Positions 17,652 to 27,366 of a DNA stretch of 32,000 nucleotides are shown in pieces (the stretch's first letter is position 1; the number at the start of each line of letters is the position of its first letter). Source of the DNA: Candidatus Electronema halotolerans (GTDB taxonomy: Bacteria > Desulfobacterota > Desulfobulbia > Desulfobulbales > Desulfobulbaceae). The notes under the pieces were generated by a model. The model did not search any database and had not been told where the DNA came from. It was given only the letters and a program-made list of their open reading frames with translations. A program made the position numbers and the translations under genes. The DNA lies in assembly GCA_942493095.1 (NCBI GenBank), contig OW818675.1:1050001-1082000 (forward strand), given 5' to 3'.

Positions 17652-18416
17652 TTGCCCTTGCATCGCATTGACAAGCAGCTTGTCTGCCGCCGGTTTCAGC
17701 AGGCTGCGGGCAGCTATGACCGTCAAGCCCTGATTCAGGAACGGATGGCGGAGCACCTGCTGGACTTGCTGGGCGAGCAAAGCAGCGGGCCGCAGCAGCG
17801 GGTGCTGGAGATCGGCTGCGGCACCGGCCTCCTGACCCGCAAGCTGGCCCAGCGGATCAGCGGCATGGAGGAACTGGTGCTCAACGATCTGGTGCCCGAC
17901 TTTGCCAGCCGCCTTCCTGCAGCCGCCTTTGCTCCGGCAGTGCGCTTTCTGCCCGGCGACATTGAGACCCTGCCGCTGCCCGGCAGCTTTGACCTGATTA
18001 TTTCCTCCTCTACCCTACACTGGCTCGACGACTTGGGCAGCCTGCTGACCAAGTTGAACACCCATCTTGCGCTTGGCGGCATTTTGGCCTTTTCGCTCTA
18101 TGGCCCGGACAACCTGCGCGAGATCAAGGAGCTGACCGGCATCACCCTGCTCTGCCCCAGCCTGTGCGAGATTGCGGCCCTGCTGGACAAAAATCTTTCT
18201 CTCCTGCACAGCAGCGAGGAGCGGGCGCAGCTCCAGTTCACCAGTCCGCTGGAGGTGCTCCGCCATCTGCGTCAGACCGGGGTCAATGCCCTCAGCCGCA
18301 GCCCGTGGAGCCGCGCCCGGCTGGAGCAATTCTGCGCCGACTATTGCCGCCGCTTCAGCGCAGGCAGCGGGGTTGCCCTGACCTATCATCCAATGTACTG
18401 CGTGGCAGGCAAGTGA
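17652..18416 (+). CDS. bioC: malonyl-ACP O-methyltransferase BioC
   Basis: IDKQLVCRRFQQAAGSYDRQALIQ plus the SAM motif VLEIGCGTGLLT. The only in-frame starts that keep the conserved N-terminus are TTG 17652 and 17658, directly after the DUF1311 TAA. Confidence 0.8.
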   Translation: MPLHRIDKQLVCRRFQQAAGSYDRQALIQERMAEHLLDLLGEQSSGPQQRVLEIGCGTGLLTRKLAQRISGMEELVLNDLVPDFASRLPAAAFAPAVRFLPGDIETLPLPGSFDLIISSSTLHWLDDLGSLLTKLNTHLALGGILAFSLYGPDNLREIKELTGITLLCPSLCEIAALLDKNLSLLHSSEERAQLQFTSPLEVLRHLRQTGVNALSRSPWSRARLEQFCADYCRRFSAGSGVALTYHPMYCVAGK

Positions 18417-18417
18417 T

Positions 18418-19704
18418 TCAGAATGCAGGAGTGCTGACAGGCTGCAGCAGGTGCTCCAAGCGGGCCGCCATCTCCTCGGTGGTGCCATGCAGGGAGAAGG
18501 CGGTCTGCTCCTGGGTGTCCATATTGCGCAACACCGCCTCCTGCCGCTCCAGCTCCTGCTCGCCGACAATCAGGGCAAAGTGTGCCTTGATGCGACCAGC
18601 CTGTTTCATCTGCGCTTTCAAACTGCGGCTGCTGTAGTCCATTGCCGCACAGAGGCCGAGCTTGCGCAGCTCGTGAACAAGCGGTGCGCAAGCTGCAACT
18701 GCCTTGTCGCCCAGCGCAGCGGCAAAAAGATCAGCCCGGTCAGCGGCAATATCCTGAGCCGCCCGCTGCTCCATAAGCAGGACAATGCGCTCCATGCCCA
18801 AGGCAAATCCAATGCCCGGCATGTTCTTCGGCCCGCCAAGCTGCTCAATCAGACCGTCATAGCGGCCTCCGGCAGCCACTGCCGCCTGCGCGCCCAAATC
18901 AGCAGTGAGGAATTCAAAGGTGGTGCGGATGTAGTAATCCAAGCCGCGCACCATGAAGCGGTTGAGCTGATACGGCACGCCAAGCGCGTCAAGCTGCTCC
19001 TGCACAACGGCAAAGTGCGCAGCGCAGTCCGGGCAAAGGCTGTCCAAGATAGAGGGTGCATCCTGAACCGCGCTGCGGCAGGAGCTGTTCTTGCAGTCCA
19101 AGGCCCGCAGGGGATTGGTGCTGGCCCGGCGGCGGCAGTCATTGCAGAGGCTGTCTAACCGCTCGTTGAGATGCTGGATAAGTTTGGCGCGGAAGCCAGG
19201 GCGGCATTGCGGGCAGCCGATGGAGTTGATCTCCAAGCTGACCGTCAGGCCCAGCTCATCCAGCAGCATCTGGGTCATGGCGATCAGTTCCGCGTCAACA
19301 CTTGGCTCGCCTGCGCCGACAATCTCCGCATCAATCTGATGAAACTGCCGCTGACGGCCTTTCTGCGGGCGTTCGTGCCGGAACATCGGGCCAATGGTGA
19401 AAAGCCGCTGCACTGGCTGCTGAACATGCAAACCATGCTCAATATAGGCCCGCATCAGGCCGGCAGTGGCCTCTGGCCGCAGGGTCAGCCCTTTGTCGGC
19501 AAAGGTGTACATCTCCTTTTCCACCACATCCGTGGCCTCGCCAATGGCGCGGGCGAACAGCTCCGTGCTCTCGATGATCGGCACCCGCATTTCCCGCAGC
19601 CCAAAGCGGCGGAAGACGCTGCGGGCGGTCTGCTCAAGCCGCTGCCAGAGCAAGGCCTCGTCCGGGAGAATATCTTTAAAGCCGTTGATGGTCTGAAACT
19701 TCAC
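18418..19704 (-). CDS. hisS: histidine--tRNA ligase
   Basis: The class II motifs and the HisS-specific regions are present. GTG 19704 is preceded by AGGAG at 5 nt and gives MKFQTINGFKDILP, similar to the E. coli N-terminus. The longest ORF starts at ATG 19758. Confidence 0.95.
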   Translation of the reverse strand: MKFQTINGFKDILPDEALLWQRLEQTARSVFRRFGLREMRVPIIESTELFARAIGEATDVVEKEMYTFADKGLTLRPEATAGLMRAYIEHGLHVQQPVQRLFTIGPMFRHERPQKGRQRQFHQIDAEIVGAGEPSVDAELIAMTQMLLDELGLTVSLEINSIGCPQCRPGFRAKLIQHLNERLDSLCNDCRRRASTNPLRALDCKNSSCRSAVQDAPSILDSLCPDCAAHFAVVQEQLDALGVPYQLNRFMVRGLDYYIRTTFEFLTADLGAQAAVAAGGRYDGLIEQLGGPKNMPGIGFALGMERIVLLMEQRAAQDIAADRADLFAAALGDKAVAACAPLVHELRKLGLCAAMDYSSRSLKAQMKQAGRIKAHFALIVGEQELERQEAVLRNMDTQEQTAFSLHGTTEEMAARLEHLLQPVSTPAF

Positions 19705-19980
19705 GCGCACTCCTTCTGAACCTGCGTTGTTTTCTTGAAAATCAGGGAGGTGTCCCATGCTGCCGCCTAATGACTGACAGAAAGCGGGAAATCTTATCTG
19801 TCTGCCAAGGAAAAGTCAAGCCTGCGCCGCCGGATTATGGTATGATGAAAAACCTGTGCCAGCGTTTGCCAGCAGGAGTATCCTTGACAAAGAATGCCCG
19901 GCGTAGCATTATGGAACGCATGTCTGAAACTCCCCGGCCCAGCTCGGTCATTTCCAACGAAGAGCAAGCAGGAAAAGAGC

Positions 19981-20970
19981 ATGAAACTGCCTGAACTGAA
20001 AATAGATTCCCTCACGGCCAAAATACCGCTGATTCAAGGAGGCATGTCCATCCGCGTGTCCACTTCGGCTTTGGCCGTGCCAGTGGCGGAATGCGGCGGG
20101 ATCGGCACCATCGGCGGCTCCGGCATTCCGGTGGCCGAGCTGCAGGAGGACATCCGCCGGGCCAAGGCCGCGACCAAGGGCATCATCGCAGTCAACATCA
20201 TGTATGCGATGAAGAACTTTTACAACTTGGTCATTGGCTCAATTGAGGCCGGAGTTGACATGATCATCACTGGAGCCGGGTTTTCCAGAGATATTTTCAG
20301 AATCGGCAACGAACACAAAGTGCCGATTGTCTCAATTGTCTCCTCGCCGGACTTTGCCAAGCTGGCGGAAAAATTCGGAGCAGCCGCCATTATTGTTGAG
20401 GCGGCTGAGGCGGGCGGCCATCTGGGCACGGACAAACCGCTGCGGGAAATTTTTCCGGTCGTGCGCAAGGTGGTGAGCAAGGTGCCCCTGATTGCCGCTG
20501 GCGGCATCACCAATGGCTTTGAGATGGCCGAGCTGATGGACCGGTACGGCGCGGACGGGGTGCAGATCGCCTCCCGCTTTGTCCTCAGCGAGGAATGCTC
20601 CGTTTCGCAGGAGTTCAAGGAAACCTATCTCCGGGCGCAGAAGGAGGACATTGTCAATGTCCAGTCGCCGGTCGGCATGACAGGCCGGGCCATCCGCACC
20701 CCTTTTATTGACCGGCTGGAGCGGGGCGAGGATGTCGCAGTCAAGGAATGCAAATACAAGTGCCTGAAGAAATGCAGCTATAAATACTGCATCAGCGAAC
20801 GGCTGCTGGCCTCCTGTCAAGGCGATGTGGAGAACGGCTTAGTCTTCAGCGGAGCGAACACCTACAAGATGAAAGAGATTCTGCCGGTGCGGGAGATTTT
20901 CCGTCAGTTTGTCCGCGATGCGGAATCCATGTATCACGAAGGGGGGAAAAAGCAGGATCAGCATGAGTGA
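19981..20970 (+). CDS. NAD(P)H-dependent flavin oxidoreductase, nitronate monooxygenase (NMO/FabK-like) family
   Basis: 329 aa from ATG 19981. PLIQGGM, GGIGTIG, EAGGHLG and AAGGI are typical of the NMO TIM-barrel family. Confidence 0.75.
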   Translation: MKLPELKIDSLTAKIPLIQGGMSIRVSTSALAVPVAECGGIGTIGGSGIPVAELQEDIRRAKAATKGIIAVNIMYAMKNFYNLVIGSIEAGVDMIITGAGFSRDIFRIGNEHKVPIVSIVSSPDFAKLAEKFGAAAIIVEAAEAGGHLGTDKPLREIFPVVRKVVSKVPLIAAGGITNGFEMAELMDRYGADGVQIASRFVLSEECSVSQEFKETYLRAQKEDIVNVQSPVGMTGRAIRTPFIDRLERGEDVAVKECKYKCLKKCSYKYCISERLLASCQGDVENGLVFSGANTYKMKEILPVREIFRQFVRDAESMYHEGGKKQDQHE

Positions 20971-22360
20971 ACATCTGAACGACACCGCCTGTCGCCGCGA
21001 GTCTGTGATTATTCCGCCGGATCAGCATCCAGTGCGCGAGGAAGATATTGACCAGGACGCGCTCATGGTCCTCTACCGCCTGAAAGACGCAGGCTATTCC
21101 GGCTATTTAGTCGGCGGCGGGGTCCGTGATCTCTATCTTGGCAAGAAGCCGAAAGATTTTGATATTTCCACGGATGCCCGGCCCGGCCAGCTCCGCAAGC
21201 TCTTCCGCAACTCCCGCACCATAGGCCGCCGTTTCCGCTTGGTGCAGGTTTTCTTCCGGGACAACAAAATCATTGAAGTTTCCACCCTCCGCTCGCAAAG
21301 CGAATACGATGAGGACGGCGGCCCGGATGAGGTGCTGCCCTCCAACAACACCTTCGGCACTTTGGAAGAGGATGCCTGCCGCCGCGACCTGACCATCAAC
21401 TCCCTGTTTTACGAAGTGGAACACAAGACAGTGATTGATTATGTCGGCGGGGTCCAGGATTTGCAGGACCGCATCATCCGGCTGGTTGGCGACCCGGACC
21501 GTCGCATCACCCGCGACCCGGTGCGGATGCTGCGGGCTGTCCGCCACGCAGCCAGGGCTGGGTTCAAAATTGAGGAGGCGACGTGGCAGGCCATCATCCG
21601 CCATCGGGACAAGCTGGAGCTGTGTCCGACCTCGCGGATCAGGGATGAATTGCTCAAGGATTTGCAGGGCGGAGCCAGCCGGGCTTGGGCGGAGCTGACC
21701 CTGCAAAGCGGCCTGTTTCACCTCCTTTTCCCTTTCTATGAGGAATTGCTGACCGGCAGCCAAGGGGAGACGGTCAAGCAAGAAATGCTCGCCCTGCTGG
21801 GGGTGGCTGACCGGCTGATCCACGAAGGCCGCAAGCTCGGCAAGATCAGCCTTGATGAGGCCCTGCTCTTTGCCCTGCCCCTCCAGCCGTGGGTCAAGCG
21901 GCGATTCAGCCTGAGTCAGGAGGACATTAAAGGCGCGGGCCATCATCAGACGGTCAAGGCGGTGCGGGCAGCACTGGACAAGGCCTTTTCCCGCCGTCTG
22001 AATTTGACCAAGATGACCTTGGAAAACATCACCACTCTTGTTGTCAACAGTCCGGTGTTTCAGAAAGGCGCGATGCCTGCCGGGCTGCGCCGGAAGAGCT
22101 ATTTTGCCGCCTGCTCGCGTTTTGCCGCCTGCTGCCGGGAAGCTGAGGGCGGCGAGCCTGCTGATCTGTCGATGTTTGCCATCACTGCCGAACCCCAGAA
22201 GCAGGCCAGCCGTCCAGCCCCGTCGGCGCAAAAAGCTATTTTTCTCAGCCCGCAAAGCAACGGCAAAAAGAATGGCGGCGGCTACAGTCCAGCCTTCAGC
22301 AGCCGCCCGGAAGGAGTCTTCGGCCTACGCCGGGAAGGACGGAATCTGACATTGTCATGA
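20963..22360 (+). CDS. pcnB: poly(A) polymerase I
   Basis: YLVGGGVRDLYLGKKPKDFDISTDA and RRFRLVQVFF..IEVSTLR. The ATG overlaps the upstream stop by 8 nt. Confidence 0.85.
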   Translation: MSEHLNDTACRRESVIIPPDQHPVREEDIDQDALMVLYRLKDAGYSGYLVGGGVRDLYLGKKPKDFDISTDARPGQLRKLFRNSRTIGRRFRLVQVFFRDNKIIEVSTLRSQSEYDEDGGPDEVLPSNNTFGTLEEDACRRDLTINSLFYEVEHKTVIDYVGGVQDLQDRIIRLVGDPDRRITRDPVRMLRAVRHAARAGFKIEEATWQAIIRHRDKLELCPTSRIRDELLKDLQGGASRAWAELTLQSGLFHLLFPFYEELLTGSQGETVKQEMLALLGVADRLIHEGRKLGKISLDEALLFALPLQPWVKRRFSLSQEDIKGAGHHQTVKAVRAALDKAFSRRLNLTKMTLENITTLVVNSPVFQKGAMPAGLRRKSYFAACSRFAACCREAEGGEPADLSMFAITAEPQKQASRPAPSAQKAIFLSPQSNGKKNGGGYSPAFSSRPEGVFGLRREGRNLTLS

Positions 22361-22613
22361 GGAGCCAAGAAAACAGTGCGGTGGGTCAAACCCGTTGATC
22401 AAGCACTTTCCGAATATCGACCGTTCTCGGCTTACCATCCATCACTTTTCTTGACAGAGCTTGAACGCCGGAGTAAAAGGATTGAAAAATCAATTCGTTT
22501 CTTCAAACTCTGTGAAATATGAGCACAGTCCATCATCTGGCGGCGGAGGTCTCGTCCGGCCTGCGGGCCGTTTTGCCCGGAATCAACAAGAATTCTCTGC
22601 GTAAGATATCTAT

Positions 22614-22946
22614 TCAGTGCTCAAGGCGCAGAGGGCGCATCTCCATTTTGTCCTGCTCACCGGAGTTTCCAAGTTCGCCAACGTTTTCCTGCTTGAACAA
22701 TCTTCGGGACATTCCCGCTGTAGCACCCTGTGTGCCTGCACCCTCTTGGAAAGATGTGAGGCTCGTGTTCAAATTATGTGGCGTGTGCGAATAATCTTCA
22801 ACAGTTTCAAGGTAGTTCCACTTGCGGACTGTGTCCCTGCTGATGCCATATTCCGCGGCGAGCTTCCGTTCAGAAAGCGTTGACTGCTGAATTTCCCGAC
22901 GGATTGCAGGGGTCGTCCGCGCTCTTTTGTGCAGGGTGATGTTCAT
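22614..22946 (-). pseudogene. IS481-family transposase N-terminal (HTH) fragment
   Basis: MNITLHKRARTTPAIRREIQQS..LAAEYGISRDTVRKW....VEDYSHTPHNLNTSLT..QE matches the conserved IS481-type N-terminus as I recall it. Similarity is lost after about 65 aa, and no DDE domain is seen in any frame down to 22361. Confidence 0.6.
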
Positions 22947-23103
22947 GATGACAAACCGGGTTGTTCGTGTTCTGGCAATATCTCACTGATCCGTTCCCAA
23001 GCTCGAAACAACGGCCAGCTCCTTTCTGGTATATTATCATACGGGGCTTGACATCTGGCAGCTATCCGATACAAGAAAAATTACCGACCCATTGATAATA
23101 AAC

Positions 23104-23373
23104 ATGCTTTCTCAGTTTCTTGCAGGCCGCCGGGCCGACATTGCCTATCCCTGTGTCTGGCAGTACAAGGTGATCGGCATGAATCAGCAGATCCTCCAAG
23201 CTGCGGTTGCCGAATTGCTTGGCGACCGCCCGTATTCCTTGTCCGCCTCAAAAAAATCAGGCGCAGGCAGATATCTGAGCATGAATCTGGAAGTGACTGT
23301 GGCCAGTGATGAGGGGCGGCAAGTCCTGCATCGCGCTCTTGCAGGACATCCGGCTGTCAAGGCTGTGCTGTGA
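23104..23373 (+). CDS. DUF493 (YbeD-like) protein
   Basis: YPCVWQYKVIG and a small ACT-like fold pattern. ATG 23104 (the TTG at 23092 is also possible). Confidence 0.65.
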   Translation: MLSQFLAGRRADIAYPCVWQYKVIGMNQQILQAAVAELLGDRPYSLSASKKSGAGRYLSMNLEVTVASDEGRQVLHRALAGHPAVKAVL

Positions 23374-23861
23374 GCAATTCATCCTTTGACAGCAAACTGA
23401 TTCCAGTTCTGCGGGAAGCGGTGATTATGGTGCAGATGGTGCTGTTCCGGCACCTGAAAGCGCACATCAGTCAGCAGCATCAGAGCCTGTCGCCGCAGGA
23501 GCGGAGCTGGCTGACCGGAGCTGTGATCAGCAGTCTGTATGGCCATGAGCCTGCCGATTCGTCTGGCAGCGACTTTGTCCGCCAGCACCGGGAGCTGATC
23601 GAGACGGAACTCCGGCGGCTGCACCAGCATGCGCAGGACTTGCTGCCGCATCTCACCGACAGCTTGCGGATGCAGGCCCTTTGCGATCAGTGCGAGGGCA
23701 GATCATCCATTGCCTGCCTGCTGCTGGCCAAAGAGCTGGGCCTGCTTGACGAGGAACGGCCAGTGCCGCTGCCTTCCGCATTCATGCTGGCAGTCCGCAG
23801 CTTGGCGGCAGGGCATGGTCTGACAGCGGTCATGCGGCCTGCGTCCACAGAGGAGCAATAA
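23370..23861 (+). CDS. hypothetical all-alpha protein (163 aa)
   Basis: The GTG overlaps the ybeD-like stop (GTGA), and the ORF ends 1 nt before the ispH ATG. Codon bias resembles the neighbours. No family recognised. Confidence 0.5.
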   Translation: MSNSSFDSKLIPVLREAVIMVQMVLFRHLKAHISQQHQSLSPQERSWLTGAVISSLYGHEPADSSGSDFVRQHRELIETELRRLHQHAQDLLPHLTDSLRMQALCDQCEGRSSIACLLLAKELGLLDEERPVPLPSAFMLAVRSLAAGHGLTAVMRPASTEEQ

Positions 23862-23862
23862 G

Positions 23863-24783
23863 ATGGAAGTGATTCTTGCCCGGCCTCGCGGCTTCTGCGC
23901 CGGGGTCAAGCGGGCAATCAGCATTGTCAGCAGAGCCTTGGCTCTGCATGGCCGACCCGTGTATGTGCTCCATGAAATTGTCCATAACAAGCATGTCATC
24001 GACGAGATGACCGGCAAGGGCGCAGTTTTTGTCGAACAGTTGGAAGATATTCCAAGCGGGGCTGTGACCATTTTCAGCGCGCACGGGGTGTCCCGTGCTG
24101 TCATGGAGCGGGCGGCGGAGCTGGGGCTGCGCACCATTGACGCGACCTGTCCCTTAGTGGCCCAAGTGCATCGGCGGGTGGTGCGTCTGAACCAGCTTGG
24201 CCATGATGTGCTGGTGATTGGCCACAAAGGGCACCCGGAAGTGGAGGGCACCTGCGGTCATGCGACAGGGGCGGTGCAGGTGATTTCCTCGCCAGAAGAG
24301 GCGATGGCCGTGCAGGTGACAGACCCGGCTAAGGTAGGCTATGTGACCCAAACCACGCTCAGTGTTGATGATACGGAAAAAATTCTTGCGGTCATCCGTC
24401 AGCGTTTTCCGGCCATCAGCGAGCCGCAGCGCACAGACATCTGTTTTGCCACCACCAATCGGCAAAAGGCGGTGCGGCAGTTAGCTGGCATGACCGACCT
24501 GCTGCTGGTGGTCGGCTCAAAGAACAGCTCTAATTCCAACCGTTTGCGGGAAGTGGCGGCTGCTCAGGGAACATCAGCCCACCTTGTTGATGATGCAGGT
24601 GAAATTGATCCGGCATGGCTGCAAGGTGCGCAACGGATTGGTCTGACTGCCGGAGCTTCGGCTCCAGAACATCTTGTCCAAGCAACTGTCGCTTGGCTGC
24701 GGCGGCAGGGCGCGACAGCGGTCCAGGAAATGGAAGGACAGGAAGAGCATGTTTCTTTTCAGCTTCCTGAAATGACAATGTAA
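23863..24783 (+). CDS. ispH: 4-hydroxy-3-methylbut-2-enyl diphosphate reductase
   Basis: ARPRGFCAGV, HEIVHN, DATCPLV, and SSNSNRL. Confidence 0.95.
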   Translation: MEVILARPRGFCAGVKRAISIVSRALALHGRPVYVLHEIVHNKHVIDEMTGKGAVFVEQLEDIPSGAVTIFSAHGVSRAVMERAAELGLRTIDATCPLVAQVHRRVVRLNQLGHDVLVIGHKGHPEVEGTCGHATGAVQVISSPEEAMAVQVTDPAKVGYVTQTTLSVDDTEKILAVIRQRFPAISEPQRTDICFATTNRQKAVRQLAGMTDLLLVVGSKNSSNSNRLREVAAAQGTSAHLVDDAGEIDPAWLQGAQRIGLTAGASAPEHLVQATVAWLRRQGATAVQEMEGQEEHVSFQLPEMTM

Positions 24784-24795
24784 TACAAAAGAGCC

Positions 24796-25443
24796 ATGCG
24801 CGTTTTAAAAAATTTGTTTGAACAAAACAGAAAATGGGCAGCAGCTATAAAAGAGACGCAGCCTGATTTTTTTCTTAAACTGTCTAAACAGCAGAATCCA
24901 GAATATTTATGGATTGGCTGTTCAGACAGCCGTGTTCCTGCTAATCAGATTGTTGATGTGCTGCCTGGAGAAATATTTGTTCATCGTAATATAGCTAATC
25001 TCGTTATTCATACTGACATGAACTGCCTTTCTGTCATTCAGTATGCAGTAGATGTGCTCAAGGTGAAGCATATCATTGTCTGCGGCCATTACGGCTGCGG
25101 CGGGGTGAAGGCTGCTTTGGAAAATAAGGAGCATGGACTGATTGACAACTGGCTGCTGCATATTAAAGATATTTACCGCTGTCATCAGATGATGATCGAC
25201 ATGCTTGACAGTGAGGAAAAAAAGATCAACGCGCTTTGCGAACTGAATGTGATCCGGCAGGTTGAAAATGTCTGCCATACAACGATTGTCCAGAATGCGT
25301 GGAAAAATGGTCAGGAGCTGGCTGTGCATGGCTGGATATACAGCATCGCGGACGGCATCTTGCGTGACATGGATGTCTGCATCACCAACTTGAACGAGCT
25401 GTCGCACACGCATCGGATCAGGCAGTGGCGGGAAGATATTTAA
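24796..25443 (+). CDS. can: beta-class carbonic anhydrase (Can-type)
   Basis: WIGCSDSRVP, HRN(I/V)ANLV and CGHYGCGG, collinear with E. coli Can along the full length. GC is markedly lower than in flanking genes. Confidence 0.95.
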   Translation: MRVLKNLFEQNRKWAAAIKETQPDFFLKLSKQQNPEYLWIGCSDSRVPANQIVDVLPGEIFVHRNIANLVIHTDMNCLSVIQYAVDVLKVKHIIVCGHYGCGGVKAALENKEHGLIDNWLLHIKDIYRCHQMMIDMLDSEEKKINALCELNVIRQVENVCHTTIVQNAWKNGQELAVHGWIYSIADGILRDMDVCITNLNELSHTHRIRQWREDI

Positions 25444-25498
25444 TGTCGTATAATATATATTATGTTAAATTGAGTTTACTGCAACCCATAAACCCGCC

Positions 25499-27241
25499 TC
25501 ACTCCGCTGTCCGCAGTGCCACCGCATGAACCTCCAGCCGTCTCCTGCCCCGGAAGCTCGTCAGCTTTACTTTCAGACACAGGTCAATCGGCTCTAAGGC
25601 CGTTTCAAGCTGGTCGGCCATAAAAAAGCCGATGCCTTTAATCAGGCCGCCATTGACTGGCACGGCAAAACGCAGATGCTCGCGCAAAGTGCTGACTTCG
25701 CGCAATCGGACGTTGCGCAGCAGAAAAACCGGCTCAGGATTGGCCTGCCCAAACGGCTCCATGAGCTGAAGGCTCTGAGTCAGCTCATGCCAGTTGGTTC
25801 GCTCGTCCAAAACTGCGTCAATGGCCACGGTCTGCGGCGGCACCGCGCATTGCGCCTCTTGCACCGTGCGGCTGAATGCGGCGCAGAACTGCTCGAACTC
25901 CTCCTGCCGCACCGTCAGCCCTGCCGCCATTGCATGGCCGCCGAAACGGACTATCTGCTCTCGGCACTGCTCCAGCACCTGATGCAAATTCAAGCCCGGT
26001 ACTGAGCGGCCCGATCCCTTGAGCATCCCTTCTTGGCCGGAATCTGCCGTGAAAACTAAGGCAGGCAGCTGATAGCGGTCAATCATCCGGGCGGCAATAA
26101 TGCCGATCAGGCCGGGATGCCAGTCTTGGCCGCTTATGAGCACGCAGCCCTGCTTGGCGGCAACCTGCTGATCAGCCTGAACAATCGCCTGTTCCAGCAC
26201 TGCTGCTTCCATGTCCCGGCGGAGGAGATTGGCCGCCTCCAGATCAGCAGCCAATTCTGCCGCTTTTCCAGCATCTTGAGCCAGCAGCAAGTTTGCTGCC
26301 AGCTCTGGTCTGCCCAGCCGCCCGGCAGCGTTGATGCGCGGGGCAAGCTGATAGGCAATATTTTCCGCAGAAACAGCACCTTCCTGCAAATTCGCCCGCT
26401 CGCACAGGGCACGAAGACCCGGCCTGCGCTGCTCGGCAATAACTTCCAATCCAGCCCGAACCAGAATCCGATTCAGGCCGGTCAGCGGCATGACATCAGC
26501 GACTGTGCCAAGTGCGGCCAAGTCAAGAGCATCACGCAGATTCGGCATGTTCGCTTCTGTCCATAAGCCCTGTTCGACCATCTTCCGGCGCACAGCCATG
26601 CAGAGGAAAAAGACCACCCCTGCCCCGGCCAGTTCCTTGCAAGGAAAGGCGCAGCCCGGCTGCTTGGGATTGATCACTGCGTCAGCAGCAGGCAGGGCCG
26701 CCGAACTGCGCGGCTCATGGTGATCCGTGACAATGACGGTGAAGCCCAAGTCCTTGGCATAGCGCACTTCTTCCGGCGAAGAGATGCCGCAGTCAACGGT
26801 GATCAGGAGCGCGGGCATTGTCACCTGTTCCGCGAGCAAGGCTGCGGACTGCATGGTCAGGCCGTATTCGTCGGTCAAGCGGTTGGGAAGATGGCAGCTC
26901 GTTTCAAGGCCAAGTTTGCGCAGAAAATCAGCAAGCAGGACAGCAGAGCTGATGCCGTCAACATCGTAGTCACCGTGAATGATGACCTGCTGCTGCGTTG
27001 CTGCCGCATGAGCGATCAGCTCGGCAGCTTCAGCCATGCCTTTCATAAGCAGCGGCGAAGGCAGGTCGGTAAGGCGGGGAAAAAGGAAGGATTGGGCGGC
27101 TTCCGCATTAGTGAAGCCGCGTTGAAAAAGAATTTCCGCCATCAGCGGCGGCAGTTGCAGTGCAGCGGCCAGTTCGTGGCAGCAAGTCGCCTCTGCTTTG
27201 GCTAACGGCGGCGGCAATGTCCACCCCCCTGCCCTGCTCAT
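25499..27241 (-). CDS. recJ: single-stranded-DNA-specific exonuclease RecJ
   Basis: DHH motifs (IHGDYDVDG, TVDCG, IVTDHH) and DHHA1 (GGHAMAAG). ATG 27241 is preferred over TTG 27268. Confidence 0.9.
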   Translation of the reverse strand: MSRAGGWTLPPPLAKAEATCCHELAAALQLPPLMAEILFQRGFTNAEAAQSFLFPRLTDLPSPLLMKGMAEAAELIAHAAATQQQVIIHGDYDVDGISSAVLLADFLRKLGLETSCHLPNRLTDEYGLTMQSAALLAEQVTMPALLITVDCGISSPEEVRYAKDLGFTVIVTDHHEPRSSAALPAADAVINPKQPGCAFPCKELAGAGVVFFLCMAVRRKMVEQGLWTEANMPNLRDALDLAALGTVADVMPLTGLNRILVRAGLEVIAEQRRPGLRALCERANLQEGAVSAENIAYQLAPRINAAGRLGRPELAANLLLAQDAGKAAELAADLEAANLLRRDMEAAVLEQAIVQADQQVAAKQGCVLISGQDWHPGLIGIIAARMIDRYQLPALVFTADSGQEGMLKGSGRSVPGLNLHQVLEQCREQIVRFGGHAMAAGLTVRQEEFEQFCAAFSRTVQEAQCAVPPQTVAIDAVLDERTNWHELTQSLQLMEPFGQANPEPVFLLRNVRLREVSTLREHLRFAVPVNGGLIKGIGFFMADQLETALEPIDLCLKVKLTSFRGRRRLEVHAVALRTAE

Positions 27242-27248
27242 TTCTTTC

Positions 27249-27353
27249 TCAAGAGAGTTGCCACGCAAGTTGACTCTGTGATATATTCATCGGCGTGAGA
27301 AACTCTTCAAGAAGAACTTCGCCCGGCGTGATTGAAGGCAATTTTTCTGCCAT
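27249..27353 (-). pseudogene. HigA-family (Xre-type) antitoxin N-terminal fragment
   Basis: A 34-codon ORF, too short for the ORF track: MAEKLPSITPGEVLLEEFLTPMNISQSQLAWQLS*. It matches the HigA signature ..HPGE(I/V)L.EEFL.P.(G/N)(L/I)SQ..LA.. but stops inside the HTH, 8 nt before the recJ ATG. Confidence 0.5.
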
Positions 27354-27366
27354 ATTTCCAAGCTGC

